The notes under the pieces were generated by a model. That model had not been told where the DNA came from and did not search any database. It saw only the letters and a program-made list of their open reading frames with translations. Below, in pieces: positions 1 through 10,602 of a stretch of 64,000 nt of DNA. A program made the translations under genes and the position numbers. Position 1 is the stretch's first letter, and the number at the start of each line of letters is the position of its first letter. This DNA is from an uncultured Alistipes sp. (GTDB lineage: Bacteria > Bacteroidota > Bacteroidia > Bacteroidales > Rikenellaceae), in the NCBI GenBank assembly GCA_964628945.1, contig CAZVNR010000001.1:29032-93031 (forward strand). The letters are read 5' to 3'.

Positions 1-324
1 GATCAGAACGCAACCGTTACGATCGCCCACAGCCGCACGAAGAACCTCGCGGAGGTGACACGCCGCGCCGAGATCTTGGTCGTGGCGATCGGTCGTGCGA
101 AGTTCGTAACGGAGGATATGGTATCGGAGGGTGCCGTAGTGATTGATGTCGGCGTGAACCGCGATCCCGAGACGGGTAAGTTGTGTGGCGATGTCGATTT
201 CGCGGCGATCGAAGGGAAGGCCTCGGTGATCACCCCCGTTCCGGGCGGTGTCGGTCCGATGACGATCACCTGTCTGATGGAGAACACGATCGAGTGTTTC
301 CTCAACCGAATGCAGGCAAATTAA
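1..324 (+). CDS. folD: Bifunctional methylenetetrahydrofolate dehydrogenase/cyclohydrolase, 3' part (runs off window start)
   Basis: [11 protein letters not shown]...VIDVGVNR...LCGDVDF...[12 protein letters not shown] motifs. Confidence 0.95.
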   Translation, partial: DQNATVTIAHSRTKNLAEVTRRAEILVVAIGRAKFVTEDMVSEGAVVIDVGVNRDPETGKLCGDVDFAAIEGKASVITPVPGGVGPMTITCLMENTIECFLNRMQAN

Positions 325-420
325 AAATGAAAGATTAAACATTAAAAATTGGGCTGGCGCGATAGCATATTTTCGCGTCAGCCCAATCACTTTGAATTCT
401 AAATTCTAAATTTTGAATTT
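322..420. repeat. Inverted 7-nt tandem arrays around an ATTGGGCTGGCGC...GCGTCAGCCCAAT hairpin; likely bidirectional terminator
   Basis: Between convergent genes; near-identical core at 12648-12684. Confidence 0.8.
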
Positions 421-426
421 AAGAAC

Positions 427-1257
427 TTATCCTCTTAAGTTCTTATATGCCCGCTCGATGTACCCCTTAAAGGCCTCTTTGTAGTTCTCGCCGATCGGGA
501 GGTACTCCTTTTCGTTCAGATAGACACGGCCGCGCACATAGCTCTTGATGCGGTGCAGATTGACGATGTAGCAGCGGTGAATGCGCATAAACGACTCGGC
601 GGGGAGCGAGGACTCCATATTCTTGATACGGAACAGGGTCGTGATCTTCGAGCCGTCGGCCAAATGGATGCGGACATACTCCCCCTCGCTCTCGATAAAG
701 ACGATATCGGCAATGCGGATGAGCGACACCTTGTAGTCGGCCTTCACCGAGATATACTCCTTATCGGCCGGTTCGGCCTCACTCAAGACCGCCTTCTCGC
801 GCTCGATCGTCAGCTCCTCATCGGTGACCGTCGTCGGCTCAACAACAGCTTGCGGAGCGGCCGGTTCTTCGCTGCGATGGGCGCGAGCGGCGAGTTCGCG
901 CAGTTCGAAGATGGCGTAGGCCTTTGCAACGGCACGGCTGAAGTCGGCAAAGCTGAAGGGTTTCAAGAGGTAGTCGATCGCATCGAGGCGGAAGCCCTCC
1001 ACGGCATACTCCGCATAGGCGGTCGTGAAGATCACCATCGGACGGCGGATGAGCGTGCGCACAAGGTCGAGTCCGTTCAGGTCGGGCATATTGATATCGA
1101 CAAAGAGGAGGTCAATCGCCTGCTCGGTGAGCAGTCGTTGCGCCTCCAACGGATTGGTGGTCGAGGCGACCAGCTCCAAGTAGGGCACCTTCGAGATGTA
1201 GGTCGAGAGCTGACGGAGAGCCAACGGCTCGTCGTCGATGGCGATACATTTAAGCAT
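427..1257 (-). CDS. LytTR-family DNA-binding response regulator
   Basis: Receiver domain (IDDEPLA, FVDINMP, DYLLKP) plus LytTR domain (FMRIHRCYIVN). Confidence 0.93.
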   Translation of the reverse strand: MLKCIAIDDEPLALRQLSTYISKVPYLELVASTTNPLEAQRLLTEQAIDLLFVDINMPDLNGLDLVRTLIRRPMVIFTTAYAEYAVEGFRLDAIDYLLKPFSFADFSRAVAKAYAIFELRELAARAHRSEEPAAPQAVVEPTTVTDEELTIEREKAVLSEAEPADKEYISVKADYKVSLIRIADIVFIESEGEYVRIHLADGSKITTLFRIKNMESSLPAESFMRIHRCYIVNLHRIKSYVRGRVYLNEKEYLPIGENYKEAFKGYIERAYKNLRG

Positions 1258-2296
1258 TGAGCGTCGGAATTACGAGTTTGATGGTGTAGCTCTGCGCCTC
1301 TTCGTGGACATTGAGCGTATAGTTCTCGGCACCGTAGGCCAGTTCGAGCCGCTTGCGGACATTCTCCATTCCAATCCCCGTTGAGATGGGTTGTTCGTTG
1401 CGCTCGGGACGGCTGTTGCTGACGATCGTCGTCAGTTGGTTATCGGCAAAGAAGATCGAGATATGGATGTAGGAGCGTTGGTTGTAGCTCACCCCGTATT
1501 TGAAGGCATTCTCGACAAAGACGATCAGCAGCAGCGGCGGAATGGCCACGCGGTCGGGGAGTTCGTGGGGGTAATCGAGCGTGATCTCGACCTGTTCGGC
1601 GTAGCGGATGCGCATCAGGTCAATGTAGTTCTTCAGGAAGTCGATGTCCTGCATCAGCGAGATCGCCTCCCGCTCCGAATCGTACAACACATAGCGCATC
1701 ATCTTCGAGAGGTCGATCACGGCCGTCTTGGCAGCCTCCGCGTCGATGTCGATCAGTGCGTGGATGTTGTTGAGCGTGTTCATAAAGAAGTGGGGGTTGA
1801 TCTGATACTTCAGCGCATCCATCTCGGCGCGGAGATTCTCCTGCTTCAGCACCTCTATCTTCTGTTCGTTGAGCAGCGAGCGATAGAGGAGCTTGATGCC
1901 GCCGTTCGTACCGTTCATAAAGAGTGCAAAGAGGATGTTCCAATAGACCTCGTGGTTCGTGAACGAGAGGCGGGTGGGGTCGAGTGCGTAATCATCGACC
2001 ACGAAATGCTCGTAAAGCCCCACAAGCGAAAAGACCACCGTGATAAAGACGAGGTTGATCGCAATGTATTTCAACGGTTTACGCCGGATCAGATAGCGCG
2101 GGGCGATCCAGTAGTTGTGGATAATGAAGATCGTCAGGTAGGGGATGATCTGTCGCCAAACGACCCACGCCGCCTGCAGGTTGATGGGGTATTGCGCCAA
2201 CATCTGCGAGTTGAGCACCGGTACCAAAATCACGGCCGACCACACCAATACATAGAGCAGATTCTCGCCGATGGCCTGTTTATTTCCGATCTTCAT
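1250..2296 (-). CDS. LytS/YehU-type sensor histidine kinase
   Basis: N-terminal TM helices; LKYQINPHFFMNTLNNI, FVENAFKYG, GIGMENVRKRL. Confidence 0.93.
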   Translation of the reverse strand: MKIGNKQAIGENLLYVLVWSAVILVPVLNSQMLAQYPINLQAAWVVWRQIIPYLTIFIIHNYWIAPRYLIRRKPLKYIAINLVFITVVFSLVGLYEHFVVDDYALDPTRLSFTNHEVYWNILFALFMNGTNGGIKLLYRSLLNEQKIEVLKQENLRAEMDALKYQINPHFFMNTLNNIHALIDIDAEAAKTAVIDLSKMMRYVLYDSEREAISLMQDIDFLKNYIDLMRIRYAEQVEITLDYPHELPDRVAIPPLLLIVFVENAFKYGVSYNQRSYIHISIFFADNQLTTIVSNSRPERNEQPISTGIGMENVRKRLELAYGAENYTLNVHEEAQSYTIKLVIPTLNA

Positions 2297-2332
2297 AGTC
2301 TTTCTGTTTGCATCCGATAGACAAAGGTAGCG

Positions 2333-2370
2333 AAAAAAAGTGAGCCACCCGCAGGGCAGCTCACTTTTTT
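2333..2370. terminator. Intrinsic terminator, probably bidirectional
   Basis: AAAAAAAGTGAGC...GCTCACTTTTTT directly after the acyl-CoA ligase stop. Confidence 0.8.
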
Positions 2371-2371
2371 G

Positions 2372-4072
2372 CTATTTGTTCAGCAGCGACTGATCGTAGA
2401 GGTATCGCTTGATCGAACGCTTCGGCGTCTTCTCAAACTCCTTCGGGTGGAGCACCACCTCGGCCAGACGCTCGTAGGCGGCCAACTGCTTGTTCAGCTC
2501 CTTCATGTTGTTCTGAAGGATCTCGGGCAGTTTCTCGCGGGCTACGCCCTCCTTCTCGGCCAGATCGAAATCGGGCACGACGAGTGCCTTCAGACGACCG
2601 CCACCGCTATCGAGCACCAGCGACTCCAAGACCATATACATATTGTTCAGACGATCCTCGATCTCCTCGGGGTAGATGTTCTGACCGTTGGCCGAGAGGA
2701 TCATCGTCTTCGAGCGACCGCGAATGTAGAGCGTGCCGTCGGGATCCATCGTACCCATATCGCCCGTGTGGAGCCAACCATCCTTATCCAACACCTTCTT
2801 CGTGGCATCGGGATTCTTGTAGTAGCCCTTCATCACATGGCCGCCACGCACCATAATCTCACCGGCCACCTTCTCCGGATCGTCCGAGTCGATCTTGCAC
2901 TCCAAGCGAGCCGAGATGTAGCGACCGCACGAGCCCGATTTGTAGAGCGGAGCGGGGGTGAAGCTGATGAGCGGAGCGCACTCGGTCATACCGTAGCCGA
3001 CCGTCAGCGGGAAGTTGATCTTGCGCAGGAAGGCCTCCGTCTCCTGATTCATCGGAGCACCGCCCACGATGAAGATGTTGCAGTGGCCGCCGAAGGTATC
3101 CATCAACTTCTTGCGGATCACCGAGTAGAGCGCCGTATTGAGCAGCGGAATACGCATCGCAATCGACATCGGGCGTTTCTCGAGCAGCGGCAGGATCTGC
3201 TTGCGGTAGATCTTATCCAAGATCAAAGGCACGGCCAAGATCACATGCGGGCGCACCTGACCCAACGCCTCCACCAAGATCTTCGGCGAGGGCATCTTAC
3301 CGAGCAGCGTCACATGCAGACCGTAGGCCAGCGGCGTAAGGAAGTCGAAGGTGCAACCGAAGGCGTGCGCCAACGGCAGGAACGAGAGCATACGGAAACC
3401 GCGCTGGAAGTAGAGCTCGTTCGTATCGGGATTGATCGCCTCGGCACCCATCAGGACATTACCCGTGATGTTCTCGACCGAGAGCATCACACCCTTCGAG
3501 TAGCCCGTCGTACCCGAAGTGTAGTTCAACAGCACGATCTGATCGTTCTTCAGATCGGCATACTTAATATCCTCGGGACGGAAGCCGTCGGGATAGGCCT
3601 TGCGGTAGGCCTTTTGGATATCCTTTTGGAAGGTGGTCAGCTCGTTACCCTTACGCTCGTAGATGACATGGAAGTCGGAGAGCGAGAAGACCGCCTCGAT
3701 CTTTTCGATCTCATCGGCCTCGATGTTGTCCCAAAAGGTGTCGCCGAGGAACAACAGGCGGCTCTCGGAGTGGTTGATGATGTGGATCACATCGGTCGGC
3801 GTAAAGTCCTGCAGGATCGGCACGATCACGGCACCATAGGTCACCGTTGCCAGCCATGTAATGCACCAACGCGGGTTGTTGCGGCCGATCAGTGCGATTT
3901 TGTCGCCCTGCTTGATGCCGGCCTCCTTGAAGAGGAGGTGAATTTTGGCGATCTCTTTCGCCAACTCGTAGTACGAGAAGGTCTCCTGCTTGAAGTAGTC
4001 GGTCAAGGCCGACATCTCGCGATGTTCGCGGAAGCTCTTTTCGTAGAGTTTAATAAAATTTTCCTGTACCAT
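2372..4072 (-). CDS. Long-chain fatty acid--CoA ligase (AMP-binding)
   Basis: YTSGTTGYSKG, GYGMTE, WLHTGDMG motifs. Confidence 0.92.
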   Translation of the reverse strand: MVQENFIKLYEKSFREHREMSALTDYFKQETFSYYELAKEIAKIHLLFKEAGIKQGDKIALIGRNNPRWCITWLATVTYGAVIVPILQDFTPTDVIHIINHSESRLLFLGDTFWDNIEADEIEKIEAVFSLSDFHVIYERKGNELTTFQKDIQKAYRKAYPDGFRPEDIKYADLKNDQIVLLNYTSGTTGYSKGVMLSVENITGNVLMGAEAINPDTNELYFQRGFRMLSFLPLAHAFGCTFDFLTPLAYGLHVTLLGKMPSPKILVEALGQVRPHVILAVPLILDKIYRKQILPLLEKRPMSIAMRIPLLNTALYSVIRKKLMDTFGGHCNIFIVGGAPMNQETEAFLRKINFPLTVGYGMTECAPLISFTPAPLYKSGSCGRYISARLECKIDSDDPEKVAGEIMVRGGHVMKGYYKNPDATKKVLDKDGWLHTGDMGTMDPDGTLYIRGRSKTMILSANGQNIYPEEIEDRLNNMYMVLESLVLDSGGGRLKALVVPDFDLAEKEGVAREKLPEILQNNMKELNKQLAAYERLAEVVLHPKEFEKTPKRSIKRYLYDQSLLNK

Positions 4073-4104
4073 TTATAATTTTGGTGTTAAGGGGTGGGCA
4101 AAAT

Positions 4105-4842
4105 TTAAGCGTTCGGCTTTTCGTTGCTTGTTGCCGCAGCCTCGTCGGTCGGCGGCGCAGTCGGTTTGTCCTGCGGAAGTCGTACCTTGCGCGGTTTCCA
4201 CACATACATCTTCGACTCGGTACCCTCGCGCAGACGCTTGATGTTCTTGCGGTGGGTGAAGATCAACAGGATCGCCACCACAAACGAGAAGACGATGAAG
4301 GGGGGCAGGTGGCCAACCTTCGGCGAGATCAGCGTAAAGATAGGGTAGAAGACACCCGCCGTCATCGAGGCCAACGACACATAGTGCGTAACCATCAGCA
4401 CGATGAGCCACACACCGAGGCAGAGCAGCACGAGCGGCGCATTGACCGCAATCACGCCGCCGACGAGCGTCGCTACGCCCTTACCGCCGCGGAAACCGGC
4501 GAAAACGGGGAAGATGTGACCCAAGACGGCAAAGAAGAGCGCGGCGAAACGCAGGATATAGAACCAATTTTCGTTCGCGCCGTTAGCAAACAGGTCGTCA
4601 TACTTGATCAGATCGACGATCGTCACCGCAACAAAGCCCTTCAACACATCGAGGCCAAAGACCGGCACGGCGGCACGCTTGCCGAGGATACGCAGCATAT
4701 TGGTCGTACCGGCATTTTTCGAGCCGTGTTCGCGGATATCGATGCCGTAATAGCGTTTGCCGATCCACACAGCACTCGGAATCGAGCCGAGCAGATAGGC
4801 GATCACCATCATCGAAAAGGCGGTATAGTAGGTCAAAATCAT
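4105..4842 (-). CDS. plsY: Glycerol-3-phosphate acyltransferase
   Basis: YLLGSIP, DIREHGSKNAGTTN, GHIFPVF..FRGGKGVAT; start placed at MILTYY. Confidence 0.93.
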   Translation of the reverse strand: MILTYYTAFSMMVIAYLLGSIPSAVWIGKRYYGIDIREHGSKNAGTTNMLRILGKRAAVPVFGLDVLKGFVAVTIVDLIKYDDLFANGANENWFYILRFAALFFAVLGHIFPVFAGFRGGKGVATLVGGVIAVNAPLVLLCLGVWLIVLMVTHYVSLASMTAGVFYPIFTLISPKVGHLPPFIVFSFVVAILLIFTHRKNIKRLREGTESKMYVWKPRKVRLPQDKPTAPPTDEAAATSNEKPNA

Positions 4843-4945
4843 AGCTTCAACAGTTAAATTCGGTGCAAATATACTAAAAAAACGGTACAATAGGCCATAT
4901 TTTCAAAAAATCTTACACAGCACCCTCGATTTCGAGGAAAGTTCG

Positions 4946-4953
4946 TATCTTTG
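4946..4953 (+). promoter_or_regulatory. Bacteroidetes -7 promoter element (TATCTTTG)
   Basis: Matches TAnnTTTG about 40 nt upstream of the YitT start. Confidence 0.6.
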
Positions 4954-4994
4954 TGCTGTTGTAATAATGTGTACGAAGATACAACATATTTTAT

Positions 4995-5984
4995 ATGAAA
5001 GCAAATTTTAACGCATCTTCTTGGCGGTCGTGGCAGTGGTGGCGGTCGCTGCTGCTGATCTTTGTCGGTTGCAGCATCATGGGTACGGCCTATGTGCTCT
5101 TCATCAACCCCTACAACTTCGTCCCGGGCGGTGTCTATGGTATGGCGATCGTGATGCACAACATCTTCCCGTCGATTCAGGTGGGTACTTTCGGCTATAT
5201 GTTCGACATCCCACTGATGATCACCGCGCTGATCATCTTCGGCGGAAAGTTCGGCGCACGAACCGTGTTGGCGGCGGCCTATACCCCGGGTTTTATGAAC
5301 CTTTTGACCCACTTCGTCTATCCCGACGAGACGGCCGTCGAATCGCTCGATCCGGCGCAGCTCTTGGGCGGCAACCTCAACCTCACAGACGATCTGCTGG
5401 TCGCAGCCTTGTTGGGCGCCATTCTGACCGGTGTCGGGATGGGGATTGTCGTGCGCCAGCAGGCGACGACCGGCGGTACGGATATCGTGGCGATGCTCTT
5501 GCAAAAATATACGGGGCTGAAGTTCTCGACCGGCATCTTCTACGCCGACGGTTTTGTTGTCTTGGCGGGTCTGTTGGTGATCGGTTTCGGTCTGTTTATC
5601 GGCGAGCCGGATCCTTCGGGATGGTTGCTGACGATCTACTCGCTCGTAATCATCTATGTCTCGTCGCGCGTCTTGGCCTATATGCTCGACGGCGCCTCGT
5701 ACGACAAGCTGCTCTTTATCATCACCGATCACCACGCCGAGCTGAAGCGATTTATCCTCGAGGATCTGGAGCGCAGCGCCACCTACATCCGTTCGCGCGG
5801 TATGTACACCGATGCCGAGCGCGAGATGATCTTCTTGGTCGTCAGCCGCAAGGAGGTGCGCCGCGTACAGCAGCAGATCAAGCAGATCGACCCGCGCGCC
5901 TTCTTGGTCGTGACCGATGCCTACGACACCTACGGCGAGGGGTTCAAGGCCTTCCCCGAGGATGGGGAGTTGCAAGCAGAGTAG
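4995..5984 (+). CDS. YitT-family membrane protein
   Basis: FVPGGVYG, ATTGGTDIVA, C-terminal IDPRAFLVV..AYDTYGEGF. Confidence 0.88.
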   Translation: MKANFNASSWRSWQWWRSLLLIFVGCSIMGTAYVLFINPYNFVPGGVYGMAIVMHNIFPSIQVGTFGYMFDIPLMITALIIFGGKFGARTVLAAAYTPGFMNLLTHFVYPDETAVESLDPAQLLGGNLNLTDDLLVAALLGAILTGVGMGIVVRQQATTGGTDIVAMLLQKYTGLKFSTGIFYADGFVVLAGLLVIGFGLFIGEPDPSGWLLTIYSLVIIYVSSRVLAYMLDGASYDKLLFIITDHHAELKRFILEDLERSATYIRSRGMYTDAEREMIFLVVSRKEVRRVQQQIKQIDPRAFLVVTDAYDTYGEGFKAFPEDGELQAE

Positions 5985-6039
5985 CTTGCAGCAATTAAAA
6001 ATTTAGAATGCAAAATTTAGAATTAATTTTTTACAGACA

Positions 6040-7395
6040 TTGAATAGCGTTTCGTTCAACCAGTTACGCCCGTTGACGGGCGAAGGTCGTAAGCTCTTTA
6101 TCGAGACCTACGGCTGTCAAATGAATGTGGGGGATTCGGAGATCATCATCTCGATCCTTCAGCAGCACGGCTACATCTACACCGAGCAGCTCTCGGAGGC
6201 CGATGTGGTGCTGATCAACACCTGTTCGGTGCGTGACAACGCCGAGCAGCGTATTTGGGGTCGTCTGTCGGAGATGCGCCGCCTGAAAAAGCAGCGTCCG
6301 CAACTCTTGGTCGGCATCGTAGGCTGTATGGCCGAACGGCTCAAAGAGCAACTTTTAGAGGGGAATACGGGCGTGGATGTTGTCGCCGGCCCCGACACCT
6401 ACCGCGACCTGCCGAAGCTGCTGAAGAGCGCCGAAGGGGGCAGCAAGGGGGTCAATGTGCTCCTTTCGACCGAGGAGACCTACGCCGAGATCGCGCCGGT
6501 GCGCATCGACAAAAACGGCGTGAGCGGCTTTATCTCGATCATGCGCGGCTGTAACAACTTCTGCTCCTACTGCGTAGTTCCCTACACGCGCGGGCGCGAG
6601 CGCAGCCGCGACTGCAACACGATCGTCGCCGAGGCTCGCCAACTCTTCGAGAACGGCTACCGCGAGGTGACCCTCCTCGGGCAGAATGTCAATTCGTACC
6701 GCTTCGGCGAGGTCGATTTCCCCGAGCTGATGCGCCTCGTGGCCTCCATATCGCCGCTGTTGCGCGTTCGTTTTGCCACCTCGCACCCGAAGGATATGAG
6801 CGACCGCCTCTTGGAGGTGATGGCCTCGATGAAGAACATCTGTCGGGCGATCCACCTCCCCGCCCAGTCGGGTTCGACGACGATGTTGGAGCGGATGAAC
6901 CGCAAATACACGCGCGAGTGGTACCTCGACCGCATCGCTGCGATCCGTCGCTATATGCCCGACTGCGCCATCACGACCGACCTGATCGCCGGCTTCTCGG
7001 GCGAAACGGAGGAGGAGCATCAACAGACCCTCTCGCTGATGCGCGAAGTGGGGTATGACTTCGCCTTTATGTTCAAGTACTCGGAGCGTCCGGGTACCTT
7101 CGCCTCGAAACACCTTACGGACGATGTACCCGACGAGGTAAAGTCGCGCCGCCTGCAGGAGATCATCGCCCTGCAGAACGAGCTGGGGTTGGAGAGCTAC
7201 CGGCGCGACGTGGGCAAGGAGTTCGAGATCTTGGTCGAGGGTGCCTCGCGCCGCGACGAGGCGCAACTCTTCGGGCGCACCTCGCAGAACAAGGTCGTCG
7301 TCTTCGATCGCGGCGATCACAAAGCGGGCGACTATGTGCGCGTGCACGTAACGAGCTGCACCTCGGCGACGCTGATCGGAGAGGAGATTCGATAA
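6040..7395 (+). CDS. miaB: tRNA (N6-isopentenyl-A37) methylthiotransferase
   Basis: ETYGCQMN, NTCSVRDNAE, radical-SAM CNNFCSYC, TRAM-like C-terminus; TTG start. Confidence 0.95.
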   Translation: MNSVSFNQLRPLTGEGRKLFIETYGCQMNVGDSEIIISILQQHGYIYTEQLSEADVVLINTCSVRDNAEQRIWGRLSEMRRLKKQRPQLLVGIVGCMAERLKEQLLEGNTGVDVVAGPDTYRDLPKLLKSAEGGSKGVNVLLSTEETYAEIAPVRIDKNGVSGFISIMRGCNNFCSYCVVPYTRGRERSRDCNTIVAEARQLFENGYREVTLLGQNVNSYRFGEVDFPELMRLVASISPLLRVRFATSHPKDMSDRLLEVMASMKNICRAIHLPAQSGSTTMLERMNRKYTREWYLDRIAAIRRYMPDCAITTDLIAGFSGETEEEHQQTLSLMREVGYDFAFMFKYSERPGTFASKHLTDDVPDEVKSRRLQEIIALQNELGLESYRRDVGKEFEILVEGASRRDEAQLFGRTSQNKVVVFDRGDHKAGDYVRVHVTSCTSATLIGEEIR

Positions 7396-7445
7396 ATTCA
7401 AAATTTAGAATTTAGAATTCAAAATTAGTTTTTTGATTACTCACT

Positions 7446-8858
7446 ATGCGATTTGACGAATTGGACCTCGAAGATGAGATTCTCGACGGTCTGTACGATA
7501 TGAATTTTGAGGAGATGACCCCCGTGCAGGAGCACACTATTCCGGTCATCTTGGAGGGGCACGACCTGATCGGTTGCGCCCAGACGGGTACGGGTAAGAC
7601 AGCCGCCTACACGCTGCCGCTTCTGAACCGGCTGTTGATCGAGGGCAACGACGAGAATGTCGTCAAGGCCCTGATCATCGTCCCCACGCGCGAGTTGGCG
7701 CAGCAGATTGACCAACAATTTCAGGGCTTCTCGTACTACCTCCCCGTCTCGACGACGGTGGTCTATGGCGGTGGCGACGGCAAGGGCTGGGATGTGCAGA
7801 AACGCGGTATGCTGATGGGATCGGATGTGGTGATCGCCACCCCCGGGCGTATGATCTCCCACCTGCAAAACAGCGGTATCGACCTCTCGAAGGTGAGCTA
7901 TCTGATCCTCGACGAGGCGGATCGAATGCTCGATATGGGTTTCTCGGAGGATATTCTGAAGATCATCTCCTACATCCCCAAGGAGCGACAGACGCTCCTC
8001 TTCTCGGCAACGCTCCCCCCGAAGATCCGCGAGCTGGCCAAGACGATCCTGCGCAACCCCGTCGAGGTCAATATTGCCGTATCGAAGCCCAACGAAGCGA
8101 TTGACCAGTCGGCCTTCGTCTGCTACGAAACACAGAAGCTCAACATCGTGCGTGAGCTCTTCAAGGAGGCTCCCGAATATAAGTCGCTCATCTTCTCCTC
8201 GTCGAAGCAGAAGGTGAAGGATCTGGCTCACACGCTCAAGCGTATGAAGTTGGATGTGGCACCGATGCACTCCGATCTGGATCAGGCGAAGCGCGAGGAG
8301 GTGATGCTCAACTACAAGAACAACAAGGTGAAGATCTTGGTGGCAACCGATATCGTGGCACGCGGCATCGACATCGAGGATATCGGACTGGTGATCAACT
8401 ACGATGTGCCGCACGACCCCGAGGACTACATCCACCGCATCGGCCGCACGGCGCGTGCCGCCGCAACGGGTGCAGCGATCACCTTCGTAAGCGAAGAGGA
8501 GCAGGGTAAATTCCACCTCATCGAGAAGTTTATCGAGCGAGAGATCCCCAAACGCGCACTCCCCGATGGGATGGAGGGTCCCACCTATGCCCCCGCCGAG
8601 AGTCGCCGAAAAGGGCGCGGCGGCAAGGGGCGCAGTCGCGGTGGCCGCAAGGGCGGCAGAGGCCGATCGAAGAGCGAAGGGGCAACTGCAACCGATGCCG
8701 CAGCACCGAGCGCACAGCAGCCGAAAGACAACAACCATGGTGAGGGGCGCGGTGAAGGAAATCGCGGCACGCGCGACCGTCGTCGCCGTCATCGGGGCGG
8801 TCGCCGACACCGCAAATCGGGTGGAGGCAACGAAGCTCAAACGCCTAAAACAGAATAG
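7446..8858 (+). CDS. DEAD-box RNA helicase (RhlE-like) with basic C-terminal tail
   Basis: AQTGTGKT, PTRELA, DEAD, SAT, HRIGRTAR. Confidence 0.95.
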   Translation: MRFDELDLEDEILDGLYDMNFEEMTPVQEHTIPVILEGHDLIGCAQTGTGKTAAYTLPLLNRLLIEGNDENVVKALIIVPTRELAQQIDQQFQGFSYYLPVSTTVVYGGGDGKGWDVQKRGMLMGSDVVIATPGRMISHLQNSGIDLSKVSYLILDEADRMLDMGFSEDILKIISYIPKERQTLLFSATLPPKIRELAKTILRNPVEVNIAVSKPNEAIDQSAFVCYETQKLNIVRELFKEAPEYKSLIFSSSKQKVKDLAHTLKRMKLDVAPMHSDLDQAKREEVMLNYKNNKVKILVATDIVARGIDIEDIGLVINYDVPHDPEDYIHRIGRTARAAATGAAITFVSEEEQGKFHLIEKFIEREIPKRALPDGMEGPTYAPAESRRKGRGGKGRSRGGRKGGRGRSKSEGATATDAAAPSAQQPKDNNHGEGRGEGNRGTRDRRRRHRGGRRHRKSGGGNEAQTPKTE

Positions 8859-8864
8859 GGTACA

Positions 8865-10133
8865 ATGCGTCGCATATTGATTCGTTTATGGGTTACGACC
8901 GTCGTGGTTGCCACCTTTTCGTCGTGCATCGTAGGACGATTGATCAGTCACGGCACGGAGGGAATCGACGACTTCAAGACCTTCCCGACCGACACCGTTG
9001 CGGCGGCAGCCGAGCCGTTCCGTTTCGTGAAGGCGGAGTGCTCGGTACTCGACACGATGCGGCTCGGTCACTACCTCACGACGCCCATTACGCTGCGGCA
9101 GATGATCGACACGCTATCGGGCAGAAACCCCTCGGCCGGCATCGTCGTCGTGCGGAACGATACGATCCTCTTCGAGCACTATCGCGGAGCGGTGGGTGCC
9201 GACAAGCACGCGACCATCTTCTCGATCTCGAAGTCGGTCACCTCGCTCTTGGTCGGTATGGCGATCGATCGGGGGTTGATCCATAGCGTGGCGGATCCCG
9301 TCACGAAGTACCTCCCCGAATTAAAAGAGAAGGCCCCCGAATTTGCCCGTCTGACGATCGAGAACCTGCTCGATATGCGCACGGGGTTGGCGTTTAAGGA
9401 GAACTACGCAGCCAACCCCTTCAGTGCGATGGCGCGGCTGCACTACGGGCGCAACATCATGCGCCAAATCCGCAACCAACGCTTCAAGGAGGAGCCCGAC
9501 ACGCACTTCGAGTACAACTCGATGTCCACCGCCATCTTGGGTGCGGTATTGGAGCGGGCGACAGATCGCCGCTATGCCGATCTATTGACCGAATGGGTAT
9601 GGCAACCGCTCGGAATGGAGCGGTATGCGCTTGTGAATTTGGACGACAACGAGCACCGCATGGCAAAGGCCTACGGCGGCATCTCGACCAATCCGCGCGA
9701 TTTGGCGCGTTTCGGCAGGCTCTACCTCCAGCGCGGCGTATGGGAGGGCAAACGCCTCATCTCGGAGGCGTGGATCGACCGCACGCTCTCGGCCGAGCGA
9801 GCCGCTGCCAACGGATTCTACACCAATTCGTTCCGTTCGGTGGCTGTAACCTACAACGACGAGGGAAAGAAGCTCTTTACGGCCGACGAGTTGCCCGATG
9901 TGATGCTGCGTGCCCACGAACGGTACGGCTATGCGTTCGACGAGATGGTGCCGACCCCGACGGAGGAGGGCTCGTGGAAGCTGCGCATCGCCTCGCAACG
10001 CTTCTATGCGTTGGGGGTCTTCGGGCAGGTGGTGCTGATCGACCCCGAAAAGCAGCTCGTGGCGGTCTATCAGGGCGAGGATCGGTGCGATGATTTCGTA
10101 TCGGTTTTCTACCAAATGGCAGAGAATCTGTAA
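8865..10133 (+). CDS. Serine hydrolase, beta-lactamase class C/NylB-like; probable lipoprotein
   Basis: SISK (SxxK), FEYNS, RDLARFG..YL..G.W; N-terminal FSSC. Confidence 0.82.
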   Translation: MRRILIRLWVTTVVVATFSSCIVGRLISHGTEGIDDFKTFPTDTVAAAAEPFRFVKAECSVLDTMRLGHYLTTPITLRQMIDTLSGRNPSAGIVVVRNDTILFEHYRGAVGADKHATIFSISKSVTSLLVGMAIDRGLIHSVADPVTKYLPELKEKAPEFARLTIENLLDMRTGLAFKENYAANPFSAMARLHYGRNIMRQIRNQRFKEEPDTHFEYNSMSTAILGAVLERATDRRYADLLTEWVWQPLGMERYALVNLDDNEHRMAKAYGGISTNPRDLARFGRLYLQRGVWEGKRLISEAWIDRTLSAERAAANGFYTNSFRSVAVTYNDEGKKLFTADELPDVMLRAHERYGYAFDEMVPTPTEEGSWKLRIASQRFYALGVFGQVVLIDPEKQLVAVYQGEDRCDDFVSVFYQMAENL

Positions 10134-10173
10134 AAAGTTGTATATTTGTAACGCAATAAACTACAAACAGGAG

Positions 10174-10590
10174 ATGAGAAAACTGGGGACAATCACCGTG
10201 CTGCTGTTGGTCGTAGCCGCGCTTGTGTTTGGCTACTTCCGCTTCTACTTCGTCTTTGGCGAGGGGGTAAAGAGCGGCGAGCTGAACTATGTGGTCTATA
10301 AGGGGCTGTTGTTCAAGACCTACGAGGGCAAGCTGATCCAGTCGGGTTTCCGCTCGAAGGCGGCCGGTGCGATCCAAAGCTACGAGTTCGAGTTCTCGGT
10401 CGAGGATCCCGAATTGGCGGAGCGGCTGATGCTGCAAAGCGGTCGTACACTGGAGCTGCACTACAAGGAGTATTTCGGCGCGTTGCCGTGGCGCGGGTTT
10501 ACCAAATACATCGTCGATAGCATCATCTCATCGACCCCCGTTCCCGTCAGTGAGGAGCCACTTCCGATCGAACAGAACCTTAATCAATAA
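10174..10590 (+). CDS. Conserved Bacteroidetes hypothetical protein with one N-terminal TM helix
   Basis: FVFGEGVKSGELN...KTYEGKLIQSG...FEFSV; TATATTTG promoter at 10141. Confidence 0.75.
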   Translation: MRKLGTITVLLLVVAALVFGYFRFYFVFGEGVKSGELNYVVYKGLLFKTYEGKLIQSGFRSKAAGAIQSYEFEFSVEDPELAERLMLQSGRTLELHYKEYFGALPWRGFTKYIVDSIISSTPVPVSEEPLPIEQNLNQ

Positions 10591-10602
10591 AAAAGCAAAA
10601 CC

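Noticed and set aside
8865..10133. Antibiotic-resistance beta-lactamase
   Set aside because: Motifs fit the broad class C-like serine hydrolase/esterase family; resistance cannot be inferred from sequence alone.
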